Shown here: piece by piece, positions 10,325 through 19,863 of the stretch
How the letters are laid out: each line of letters begins with the position of its first letter
Position numbering within the stretch: position 1 is the first letter of the stretch
Assembly (NCBI GenBank): GCA_965219095.1
Contig: OZ244719.1
Coordinates: 384,001-448,000 of the forward strand
Direction: 5' to 3'
Origin: Bdellovibrionales bacterium
Lineage (GTDB): Bacteria > Bdellovibrionota > Bdellovibrionia > Bdellovibrionales > UBA1609
DNA length: 64,000 nucleotides
Program-made: the position numbers and the translations under genes
The notes under the pieces: model-generated
What the model was told of the DNA's origin: nothing
What the model saw: the letters and a program-made list of their open reading frames with translations, nothing else
The model's database searches: none

Positions 10325-11824
10325 TTAGTTGTTGCCAGACATAGAATTTAAAAATTCCTCATTAGACTTAGTTTTCCCTAATTTATCTAAAAGAAATTCC
10401 ATACTATCTACAGGACTCATAGGAGCAAGAACTTTTCTCAAAATCCATAGTCTGTTAAGCGTGTTAGGTTTCACAAGTAAGTCTTCCTTTCTTGTACCTG
10501 ATTTGTTAATATCCATACAGGGAAAGATTCTTTTTTCCATAAGTTTACGATCAAGAAGAATCTCTGCATTTCCTGTTCCTTTAAACTCCTCAAAGATCAC
10601 CTCATCCATACGAGAACCTGTATCAATAAGGGCTGTAGCAACGATTGTTAGACTTCCTGCATTTTCTATATTTCTTGCAGCTCCAAAGAATCGTTTCGGT
10701 TTATGAAGAGCATTGGAATCCACTCCTCCTGAAAGAATTTTTCCAGAAGGGGGGACTACAGTGTTGTAAGCTCTTGCTAATCTTGTAATGGAATCTAACA
10801 AAATTACCACGTCATGCTTATGCTCTACAAGCCTTTTTGCCTTTTCTATGACCATTTCAGCAACCTGTACGTGTCTTTGTGGAGGTTCATCAAACGTTGA
10901 ACTCACAACCTCTCCTTTAACAGCACGACTCATATCTGTCACCTCTTCAGGACGTTCATCAATTAATAAAATAATTAAAGTCACCTCAGGATGATTCCCT
11001 GAAATAGCATGAGCGATGTTTTGAAGTAAAACTGTTTTTCCTGTTCGAGGAGGAGCTACAATCAAAGCTCTCTGTCCCTTCCCTAAAGGGGCCATAAGAT
11101 CCACAACTCTAGTTGTAAAAATGTTAGGATCTGTTTCTAGAATCAAACGTTTTTCCGGATAAAGGGGTATGAGATTATCAAATAAAATTTTATTTTTACT
11201 TTTTTCTAAAGGTTCATTATTAAGAGTATCAATCTTCAATAAAGCAAAATACTTCTCTCCTTCTTTAGGAGTGGGAGGACGAACAGTTCCAGAAATCGAA
11301 TCTCCTTTTTTCAATCCAAAACGACGAATTTGAGCGGGACTTACATAAATGTCATCCGGCCCAGGGAAGTAGTTATAATCTCCTGACCTTAAAAATCCAT
11401 AACCTTCATTAAGAATCTCTAAAACACCACTTCCAAAGATATCTCCCAGTTGAGCTGCACGTCTAAGTATGTTAAAGACCATATCTTGTCTTCGCATACC
11501 TGTGATATTTTCAATCTTAAGTTTATTGCCAAGCACTGATAACTCTCCAATATCCTTAACCCGTAAAACCTTAGCATAAAGATCTTTTTTTTCTGCTTCT
11601 GTCAAGTTGATATCACTTAAATCAACTTGTTCTTCTTCTGAAACATTAAAAACAGGAGCAGAAGCCTCTTTTCTTTCTGACAAAGAGCCATTGCTATAGC
11701 TTCTTTGATGATTTTTCTTATAATGACCCCCTTGACGTGATGTACCCCCTACTCTTCTGCGATTCTTTGATGTGCCTTGGTTTTCCGAAGGATTTCTACT
11801 TTGCTTAGTGCCTTGATTTGACAT
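10325..11824 (-). CDS. rho: transcription termination factor Rho with polar N-terminal extension
   Basis: [38 protein letters not shown]. Confidence 0.98.
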   Translation of the reverse strand: MSNQGTKQSRNPSENQGTSKNRRRVGGTSRQGGHYKKNHQRSYSNGSLSERKEASAPVFNVSEEEQVDLSDINLTEAEKKDLYAKVLRVKDIGELSVLGNKLKIENITGMRRQDMVFNILRRAAQLGDIFGSGVLEILNEGYGFLRSGDYNYFPGPDDIYVSPAQIRRFGLKKGDSISGTVRPPTPKEGEKYFALLKIDTLNNEPLEKSKNKILFDNLIPLYPEKRLILETDPNIFTTRVVDLMAPLGKGQRALIVAPPRTGKTVLLQNIAHAISGNHPEVTLIILLIDERPEEVTDMSRAVKGEVVSSTFDEPPQRHVQVAEMVIEKAKRLVEHKHDVVILLDSITRLARAYNTVVPPSGKILSGGVDSNALHKPKRFFGAARNIENAGSLTIVATALIDTGSRMDEVIFEEFKGTGNAEILLDRKLMEKRIFPCMDINKSGTRKEDLLVKPNTLNRLWILRKVLAPMSPVDSMEFLLDKLGKTKSNEEFLNSMSGNN

Positions 11825-11945
11825 GCCTTTACTCCTTATCGTTTTTTATAACTGATTTTCTAAAGTATATAAAGTTTTTAAAAAAAGAACTCAAATATCT
11901 CTACTTCACCTTTTATAATAACACAAGCTCCAAGTTATTGCAAGA

Positions 11946-12929
11946 TTAAAGATTGCCCTCTAGAGCTTGTGCTAGCTTTTTTGTAGGCTCTAAGTGCTCC
12001 ATAATGATTTTGAAGCTTACCGTCAAAGGTATAGCCAAAAAAACTCCTACAATCCCTAAAACAACTCCCCAGAAAAGAAGACTTAAAAGAGCCACAATAG
12101 GGTGTATCCCCATACTCTTCCCCAACATCTTAGGCTCTAAAAAACTGCCTAGAACCATTTGAATGAGAAAGGAAAATAAGAAAACACCATAAAACACATA
12201 AGAAAAACCACTATGGAGCCATATGAAGGGAAGAGGGAGCATTACAGCAAATAAAGAGCCTATAGTAGGGATAAAATTCAAAAGGAAAGTTAAAAACCCA
12301 AACATTAAAGCCATTTTAACCCCAAAAAGAAATAAAACAAGTCCTATTAAAAAACCTGTAAGAAGAGAAATAAAAATTTTAATAGAGATGTAAAGGGAAA
12401 TATTCTTCTGTATTTTTAAAATAATAGGGTTTCGTGTTTTACGAGAGTTTGCTCCACTTACAAGAAAGATAAGAAAAATGAAAATAAGAGATAGATTTCC
12501 TAAAATACCTAAAAAACCTCCACTAAGTTTTCTCACAAAGGTCAAAACATAATCTTGAGATACCATTGATTGAATTTCACTAAATGCTAAATTGACATTC
12601 CATTGTTTAAGTCTCAACTCTACATCTGATAAAATCACTGAAATCCTCTGTTTGTAAAAATCTTGCTCTTGTAAAAAAACCTCAATTGATTGAGAAATTA
12701 GAAAAAAAAATAAAACTCCTAAGAGAAAGAAAAAAAGAGACATCACCACAACAGCAAGCCATCTTGGTAAACAAAATTTAAATTCCAACCATTGAAGCGG
12801 GGGGAGAGAAACCATATAACAAAAAATAGAAAGTACAAATGGAATAAGGACAGATTTCATGGCCATAAGAGAGATTGTAGCCGCCATAAGCGTAAGAAAA
12901 AGCAAACATCCTGTTTGAAATTGATTCAT
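11946..12929 (-). CDS. AI-2E family transporter
   Basis: Multi-TM; LLNFIPTIGS, LEPKMLGKSMGIHP, LAIPLT. Confidence 0.9.
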   Translation of the reverse strand: MNQFQTGCLLFLTLMAATISLMAMKSVLIPFVLSIFCYMVSLPPLQWLEFKFCLPRWLAVVVMSLFFFLLGVLFFFLISQSIEVFLQEQDFYKQRISVILSDVELRLKQWNVNLAFSEIQSMVSQDYVLTFVRKLSGGFLGILGNLSLIFIFLIFLVSGANSRKTRNPIILKIQKNISLYISIKIFISLLTGFLIGLVLFLFGVKMALMFGFLTFLLNFIPTIGSLFAVMLPLPFIWLHSGFSYVFYGVFLFSFLIQMVLGSFLEPKMLGKSMGIHPIVALLSLLFWGVVLGIVGVFLAIPLTVSFKIIMEHLEPTKKLAQALEGNL

Positions 12930-12948
12930 TCCTTATTAATTATCCAAT

Positions 12949-14124
12949 TTATTTTCTAGAATTACAATCTAAAAGCTCTTTTTTCTTGCAGAGTGTTTGT
13001 AATATTCTTGTATTAGTTATGATTAGGTCTTCCTCAGAAGGAAGAAGATCATCCAAAAAGGGTAAAGATGAAGGTTTACGAAGAGAAGGATCTAATTTCA
13101 TAGGGCCTCTTATTTTCCTATTAACCTTCTTAACCTTTTGGTTAAATTTTCTTTTAAGGTAAGGATGAGAGCCTCGTTTCCTTACTCCCGACATAAACCC
13201 TGCTGACTTGAAACGAGAGTGAGGAGATTCACCATCATTGTAAGTTTCTTGACCTCCCGATCCGCTCTGAGAGCCTTTAAGATCCGATCCCCCTGAAAAA
13301 CTACTTCCTAAACCTTCACCACTATCCGAACCACCTCTAAAGTTTGACAAAGGTTTTTTTGAAGACTTTCTTAACTCATAATCTGATGAAGCTATTGAAC
13401 TGAGAGGAGATAATATATTAGAAAAACTTTCATCATCAGAACTTGTAGATGATTTTACACTGTTGATCTTTGGTTGTGATACTGATATTAAATTTGGTTC
13501 TAGGTTCGGATCAGGTTTTGTTTTTTCAGAATTTTTGACTTTTTGAGAAAAGGCATAAGCACAAAGTAAAGCTGATCCAAGATTCTGAAAGGATTGAACG
13601 TTTTGTCTTTTTAAATTTTCCAGTTGCTTCATAGAAAGTTTTTCTTTTTCTTCACTTCCTTTTTCATCACAACAATGCCTCATTGTATTTTTACTATCTT
13701 CTTCTTCTGAACAATCATACTTCAACCAAAGATCAATCGCCTCTTCACAACGATTCGCATGAGAGTATAACTTAGCAGAGGTCATCAAAGAAAGACCAGA
13801 GCTAGCAAGACAGGCTTTAAAGGCTGTTTTCTGCGAAGAAATGGAATCAGAGATAGTACCAAAAACTGCTATAGCTCCAGTCAGAAACATGCCGTTTTCT
13901 GTTAAGAAATCAAATTTAGGGAGCTTGAGCAAAGTATTTTTCAAACCATTTCCAAGACTTTCTAATTGACCTTCAGAACTTTGAACATGGCATTGATCAA
14001 CATCTGAACAACATGATAAAGGTATAACTTCTCCACAAGTACTTCCTTGACTTGCTTCAGACTCCCTCTGCATAAAAACCATAAAATTTATCAAAAAGAC
14101 AGTTAAAAAAGAAACTAACTTCAT
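12949..14124 (-). CDS. hypothetical secreted protein, Cys-rich with Gly/Ser low-complexity region
   Basis: Signal peptide, many Cys, GS-rich linker. Confidence 0.7.
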   Translation of the reverse strand: MKLVSFLTVFLINFMVFMQRESEASQGSTCGEVIPLSCCSDVDQCHVQSSEGQLESLGNGLKNTLLKLPKFDFLTENGMFLTGAIAVFGTISDSISSQKTAFKACLASSGLSLMTSAKLYSHANRCEEAIDLWLKYDCSEEEDSKNTMRHCCDEKGSEEKEKLSMKQLENLKRQNVQSFQNLGSALLCAYAFSQKVKNSEKTKPDPNLEPNLISVSQPKINSVKSSTSSDDESFSNILSPLSSIASSDYELRKSSKKPLSNFRGGSDSGEGLGSSFSGGSDLKGSQSGSGGQETYNDGESPHSRFKSAGFMSGVRKRGSHPYLKRKFNQKVKKVNRKIRGPMKLDPSLRKPSSLPFLDDLLPSEEDLIITNTRILQTLCKKKELLDCNSRK

Positions 14125-14358
14125 AATTCTTTTTCGGACTTTTTTTATAAAAACTTAAAAATCTACCTCTTTAGAGAGGGCTTTTTCTTAAGTTCCTTGT
14201 ATTAGAGTTTTAAAACCACAGCTTAAATCACAAAAAGGTTTAAAAGTGTCTCATTTTCAGACATTAAGTATAATTTTTTAAAGACTCTAGTGTTCTGACC
14301 AGTAATTTTTTTCACAATTTTCAAGCCTTTAATCCAGGTCATTTTATTTAATTTTTTT

Positions 14359-15880
14359 GCCTCCTCAAAAGAATCTGTGGGTTTCCGGAGGTTCTGGCAG
14401 TTTTCCAAGGTTATGATATAAGGCGATTTTTATAGCTTTAGAGGTTCTAAAGCCGTAAGATTTTCTCATAGTGAGTTTTACTTTGTTGTTTAAACCCTCT
14501 ACAATCCCTGAGGAGAAGGTTTTTTTAGCCTTGAAGTAATTAAGGATAAGTAGCTTATGTCTTCGTATGGTTTTTGCTTCTCTTTTCATAGGTTCAATTT
14601 TTGAAAGCATGACTCGTCTCGTCCAACTGTCTATAAATTTACCAGCCCAAGTTGGTGGAACATAGGTCCATAACTGTCGGAAGTCTTCTTTTAAAAAATA
14701 ACAGCGGATACTTTTTAAATTGTACTGTATTAAATGCCTTAATTTTACTTTTTCATAAGATTTTAAATTTTCTGCATTTTTTAACAAGGGCCATCTAGCT
14801 TTTGTTAAAAGGGGTTCATACCCGTCTTCTTTCATTTTTTTGTGTTCTGAAGCTCTCACTTCGTCTAAAGCCTTATTGAGTCTTGCTACGATATGAAACC
14901 GATCTAATATGTGTAAAGCTCCACTTGCCCTCTCCTTTATGACTTTTAAATAAGGCTTCCACATATCAGAACACACAAACCGTATATCTTTTGACTTCTC
15001 TCCTAGTAAATCAAAGAATTTTCTAAAACTCTTTTCTGTTCTTTTTTCTCCTATCCATAGCAAACGAACACTTTCTTTGCTTATTTCATAGACTAAGGTG
15101 AGATACTGATGGTTCTTTTTCCATTGTATTTCATCTACACCTATAGCTTGTATTCCCTTTAAAACCCTTTGTTTTAAACCATATTCTACGACCCATTCTA
15201 CCGAAGCATAGACCTGATTCCAACTGACATGAAACTTACAAGAAACCTCTTTCCAAGACAGGTGACGACACCAGTCTGCTAAATACTTCATGTAAAAGAT
15301 CGTTAAACTCTTCTTACCATCGGCCCAAGGTAAATACTCAACTTTTACCCCACAGCAAGGACAATTAACTCTTCTTACAAAATAAACAAAAAACACCCTG
15401 TAACTTAAAATAGGAAGGGATTCAAAGTCCCGTGATGATTTACTGCTGTCATACACTGAACAGGGCTTCTTACAAACACTACAAAAAGCTTGGCCATTTT
15501 TACGAGCCTTAATAGGAACATTAATTGACTTTCTATCTTTTGAAAAATAAATGTCTCCGTATACAAAAGACTTCCATCTTAAACAATCATTTAGTATAGT
15601 CTTCAAAAGCATCTCTTCCCTCCTTTTTTTTTTTTTTTGAATAACATTTTAAGGCATCTGGGAAGTAGGTGCTTCTTTTTTAAAATTTTAATGTAACACA
15701 GCAAATAAAAGCAAATAAAATGAATGTTTTTGAGTTCAATCACCGGAGGTGATAGAGGCCAGTAAGAGCCTCAAAGAACTCAAAAATACAAGATAGGATG
15801 TCTTAACTCTTGCTTTGATTAATATGAGCCTTTTTGGGGGATTTCTACTACTTTTCACCCACAGATTCCCGGGAGGAGCC
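14359..15880 (-). mobile_element. ISL3 family element, copy 1
   Basis: IRs GGCTCCTCCCGGGAATCTGTGGG / GCCTCCTCAAAAGAATCTGTGGG; 8-bp TSD ATTTTTTT. Confidence 0.9.
14365..15612 (-). CDS. ISL3 transposase
   Basis: Zn finger, IGVDE, SDMWKPY, DRFH, EGLNNKVK..RKSYGFR. Confidence 0.95.
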   Translation of the reverse strand: MLLKTILNDCLRWKSFVYGDIYFSKDRKSINVPIKARKNGQAFCSVCKKPCSVYDSSKSSRDFESLPILSYRVFFVYFVRRVNCPCCGVKVEYLPWADGKKSLTIFYMKYLADWCRHLSWKEVSCKFHVSWNQVYASVEWVVEYGLKQRVLKGIQAIGVDEIQWKKNHQYLTLVYEISKESVRLLWIGEKRTEKSFRKFFDLLGEKSKDIRFVCSDMWKPYLKVIKERASGALHILDRFHIVARLNKALDEVRASEHKKMKEDGYEPLLTKARWPLLKNAENLKSYEKVKLRHLIQYNLKSIRCYFLKEDFRQLWTYVPPTWAGKFIDSWTRRVMLSKIEPMKREAKTIRRHKLLILNYFKAKKTFSSGIVEGLNNKVKLTMRKSYGFRTSKAIKIALYHNLGKLPEPPETHRFF

Positions 15881-15909
15881 ATTTTTTTTTATTATGTTTT
15901 AATACTCAT

Positions 15910-16995
15910 ATGTTAAATTTATTAAAGCCAAAAGATAAGAGAGAAATTCTTAAAATTATAAAGAAGTCTAAAAATCCAAGAGCCATATATCGAGCCAATG
16001 TTCTAAACTTAAGGAACAAAAATTTAACTGCCATAGAGACAGCAGATTACTTAGAGATAACTCCTAGAACTGTTTTCAACATCCAAAAAAACTATGAGAA
16101 TTCTGGGCTGAAAAAAGCTCTTGAAGATGATCCTCGTCCTGGAAAACCTCCAAAGTTTGATGATCGCATAAAGTCAAAGATTATAGCTATGGTCTGCTCA
16201 GATCCTCCGGAGGGCTTTGATCGATGGACTTTAGAGCTCATTAAAGAGAGGGCAGAAAAAAACAAGATTGTAGACTCTATTAGCAAAGAAAAAGTTAGGA
16301 TTATTCTTTTAGAACATGATCTAAAACCTTGGCAACAGAAGAGTTGGTGTGTACCAGAGCTTAATGATGAATTTATAGAGAGGATGGAGGATGTTTTGAA
16401 AGTGTATGAGAAGCCTCCGATTAAAGGAAAGCCTGTTGTGTGTATTGATGAAAAGCCTCTTCAGTTACTTGATGATGTTCGTCCTCCATCGGGTTGTCGT
16501 CCCTCGGAAGTAAAAAAAGTAGATTATGAGTATAAAAGAGAGGGTACAGCAAATGTTTTCTGTGCTGTGGAGCCTAAGAGAGGTTTTTATATGAATAAGG
16601 TAACAGAGAGAAGGACAGGTCCGGATTTTGCTAAGTTTTTATCTTCTGTTGAGAGACATTATTCTGATTCCAAGAAGATTGTTCTAGTTATGGATAATTT
16701 GAACACTCATAGAAAAAAAAGTCTTACTGATTTTTATGGAAAAGATCGAGGTTTGCATCTATGGTCTCGCTTTGAGGTTCATTATACTCCGAGTCATGGA
16801 AGTTGGTTAAATCAAGCAGAAATTGCAATCAATATGTACTCTCGTCAATGTTTAGGAAAATCAAGAATACCTGACATAGAAACTTTAAGAAAAAGAACCA
16901 AGGCTTGGGTGAATATTATGAACAGACGGAAGATTATAATAAAATGGAATTTTTCAAGAAAATCAGCCAGAGAAAAGTTCCATTATAAAAAATGA
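15910..16995 (+). CDS. IS630 family transposase (intact ORF)
   Basis: RPGKP, RWTL, CIDEKP, DYEYKREGT, MDNLNTH, SWLNQAE. Confidence 0.93.
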   Translation: MLNLLKPKDKREILKIIKKSKNPRAIYRANVLNLRNKNLTAIETADYLEITPRTVFNIQKNYENSGLKKALEDDPRPGKPPKFDDRIKSKIIAMVCSDPPEGFDRWTLELIKERAEKNKIVDSISKEKVRIILLEHDLKPWQQKSWCVPELNDEFIERMEDVLKVYEKPPIKGKPVVCIDEKPLQLLDDVRPPSGCRPSEVKKVDYEYKREGTANVFCAVEPKRGFYMNKVTERRTGPDFAKFLSSVERHYSDSKKIVLVMDNLNTHRKKSLTDFYGKDRGLHLWSRFEVHYTPSHGSWLNQAEIAINMYSRQCLGKSRIPDIETLRKRTKAWVNIMNRRKIIIKWNFSRKSAREKFHYKK

Positions 16996-17116
16996 GACGA
17001 GCCTGTAAGAGCCTGTAAACTAAATTGTATATAAACATTAGAAAATCATATCTTTCCAATGAATTTGATACACTCTTTACCCATACTTAAAAGTTATAAA
17101 AGTCGAAACTCGGGTT

Positions 17117-17356
17117 AATAACAGAGTTGAAAGAGATCTAAGAATGACTAAGGTGAAAAAGAAAGTGTCAGGGTGTTTCAGAACAGAAGAAATGGCGAAA
17201 TATTTTTGTCGCATTACCAGCTATGTTAAAACAATGAGAAATAGAGGGTATTCTTCTTTAGAAGCCATCTCTATGGCTTTAAATAAAAAGGGCTCCTCCC
17301 GGGAACCCACAGATTCTTTTGAGGAGGCATAAAAACTTACGAGAGTGAGCAGTTAC
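17117..17356 (+). pseudogene. 3' remnant of the IS66 element seen intact at 31208 and 61036
   Basis: Near-identical to the 3' end of 31208-32739, including terminus GTGAGCAGTTAC. Confidence 0.9.
17291..17328. mobile_element. 38-bp ISL3 mini-derivative (left and right ends fused)
   Basis: GGCTCCTCCCGGGAACCCACAGATTCTTTTGAGGAGGC inside the IS66 remnant, flanked by ATAAAAAG / ATAAAAAC. Confidence 0.8.
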
Positions 17357-17396
17357 GTTTTAGAATGAATTAAAAATTAAACAAAAGGAGTCCAAA

Positions 17397-18263
17397 ATGA
17401 AGAATACAAAAGAAAAAATATCAATTCAAGAACTATCGGATCACAAGGAGATTCAAGATGCAACTATCACATATTATTATCGCACAAGATCAGGTGCAGA
17501 GATTGATCTGGTTTTAGAGAGGGCTTTTGGCATTCTGCTTATTGAGATTAAGCTAGGAACTACAACAACAGCAAGACAACTCACGTCTTTACAGAAATTT
17601 ATTAAAGATTATGATCTTGCTTATGGAGTTGTTATAAATAATTCAAAGAAAGTTATGTGTAATAGTCGCAACTTAATCTGACACGTCTCGAAATGTCAAA
17701 GAGATGAAAAGAGGTTACCCTTTTAAATAAACAATACCACCCCAAAGGGTGGAGAAAGGATAACAAAAATGACATATCAAGAAAGAATTATAAAATCAAA
17801 AGTAGGTCTTTTGCAATTAGCAGAAGAGTTAGGCAATGTATCTCAAGCTTGTAAGGTGATGGGCTTTTCAAGAGATACATTTTATCGTTACAAGACACTC
17901 AAAGAGGAAGGAGGTTTAGAATCATTAAGAGAGCAAAGTCGTAGAAAGCCTAATTTAAAAAACAGAGTTGATCAAACGACAGAAGAGGCTTGTTTAAGGA
18001 TCGCTATAGAACTTCCTGCCTATGGACAGTTGAGAGCGTCCAATGAGTTAAGGAAAAAAGGAATTTTTATTTCTCCTGCAGGAGTTAGAGGGGTCTGGCT
18101 GAGAAATAATTTAGAGACTTTCAAAAAGCTGATTGAACAGAACGAAAACTGACAGACAGTTTTTTATCAACCCAGAAAGGGTAACTGTCAGATCATATAA
18201 CGTCTATTACAAGTTATGCTATTAACAGAAAAAATCATTCAAATCCCTGTGTCTTGTATTTGA
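17397..18263 (+). pseudogene. DUF4143-type (AAA_14-associated nuclease-like) C-terminal fragment interrupted by IS481
   Basis: YYRTRSGAEIDLV..IEIK motif; frame resumes as LLTEKIIQIPVSCI* after the insertion. Confidence 0.75.
17658..18211 (+). mobile_element. internally deleted IS481 family element (ORF 17769-18152, HTH part only)
   Basis: TGT...ACA ends with IRs; AGTTATG duplicated on both sides; LAEELGNVSQACKVMGFSRDTFYR. Confidence 0.85.
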
Positions 18264-18280
18264 AGAAGTGATCTTTCCTC

Positions 18281-18532
18281 GAGCCTGTAAATTAAATTGT
18301 GTAACTGATTTTTTCATTTTAAATTTTACCCTTCAATTTTTCACACTTATTTTAACCCATCAATCGATTCACACAACAAATAGATATACCTGAAATGAAC
18401 ATATCTTGTGAAAACTCAAACATCTTTTTCAAGGAAGGTTTTAAAAACCTTCCTTGAAAAACATTTCCTTAGGTCATTCCACAAAGTTTCAATGATTTAG
18501 AACAAAATATCGAATTATTTTTTGTAATGGTA
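18281..18532 (+). repeat. diverged copy of 1501-1752 (non-coding 3' part and right IR of the IS630)
   Basis: Colinear similarity over about 250 bp; a further solo IR at about 19286-19310. Confidence 0.8.
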
Positions 18533-18576
18533 TTACTGGGCGCCGTCTCTCCTCTGAGGATTACTATTAACCCGAC

Positions 18577-19024
18577 TTACGCTCGAAACAGAGCTGATCT
18601 TTGGTTTTTAACACGAACTCCTCTTTTAACCACATCTTCATACCCACTGACAATCTTACGAAGGTAAATGAATTCATCACCTGAGTGAAAAACTGGTTTC
18701 AAAAGGCCAGAGCGTAACAATAAAACAAGTTTTTCAGCATCAATTTTATCAGTTTTAGCCCCTTCACTTAAAAGTCTATTCCGAAGAGGATCACAGACTA
18801 TGAGCTCATCAACACTATCCTTTAATTCTGAATACAACCACTATCGAAGTTGTAGTCTCTTCGATAGTCAATATCTTCTTACCTTTCAGAGTTTTTAAAT
18901 AGGCACGAAGATTTCCAAGATCTGAAATCGTGTCCATAGTCTTAATATCTTTTGATTTGCCTGTCATCCTTGAAATGGCCATGTTACTTTGTGCCCAATC
19001 TACGGCTATATAGTGATCATACAT
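18577..19024 (-). pseudogene. IS110 family recombinase, N-terminal DEDD domain (frameshifted and truncated)
   Basis: YIAVDWA, IEETT, VCDP..N, KTDKIDA..L motifs over two frames. Confidence 0.8.
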
Positions 19025-19466
19025 TTTATTTTCCTCCTTTGTTGGTTTATTTATAAATAAAGTCTTGAAATCCTATTTTACATCTTTTTTTTGCTTTTTC
19101 CTTTTTTTCGAGTAAGTCTTCACAAAAATACAGGCTTAATCGAAAAAAAGGGAAAACACCCTTTGAGGCCTTAAAAACCAGGCCAGCTAAAGGGTTTAGA
19201 ATTTGTCTCAAAAATCACCTCCTTCTGCAAGTACTTTAGGGTCACTATCATGGCTTAAACCAGTGACCTGTCTTTTTGATTTACCGTCGAATTAATTTCT
19301 GTAATTGGTATTAAAACCAGCTTTTGAAGCACCGGAAACTAGACTAAAGTCTTTAAAAAAATCAGACAAGAAGATCTTAAAATTTAATCAATAGATTGTA
19401 AAACACTACTAATACATATGAAGTTTCGTTTATAGCGTTTTTACTGCCTATAGAGTACAATGAGTT

Positions 19467-19859
19467 ATGAACTTTATGAAGAATCAAAAAATGAAGTTTT
19501 TATATTTTATAGGGGGACTTCTCCTCTTTCCTCTTTTCTCAAAAGCTCAATCAGAAAAGCTTTTAAAGACCTTTGTTGTTTACAAACATAGCGGAGGAAA
19601 ACAATGTCAAAAACAGACAAAAAATTACGAAGCTTTTTTTACCAAGCAATTAAAAGCTCAAAGTATTACAATCTTATCTCAATGCAAGGGAAGTTTTAAG
19701 GGGCAAATGGTGATTACTTTATGCGGAGCAGATAATCTAGAGTATATTTTTTATAAAATCTCTACTTCTGAAATAAAGAAAGATGAGATAAAGGACTTAG
19801 GATTTAAGGTTGCAGACGATATACAAAAAATAACTTGTTTTCTAAAAAAGGGTTTTTAA
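19467..19859 (+). CDS. small exported hypothetical protein
   Basis: Signal peptide, GGKQC and LCGA Cys motifs. Confidence 0.65.
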   Translation: MNFMKNQKMKFLYFIGGLLLFPLFSKAQSEKLLKTFVVYKHSGGKQCQKQTKNYEAFFTKQLKAQSITILSQCKGSFKGQMVITLCGADNLEYIFYKISTSEIKKDEIKDLGFKVADDIQKITCFLKKGF

Positions 19860-19863
19860 AATA

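Noticed and set aside
18577..19024. IS110/Piv-type recombinase as the pilin switch enzyme
   Set aside because: Frameshifted, truncated and 8 kb from pilA inside an IS cluster
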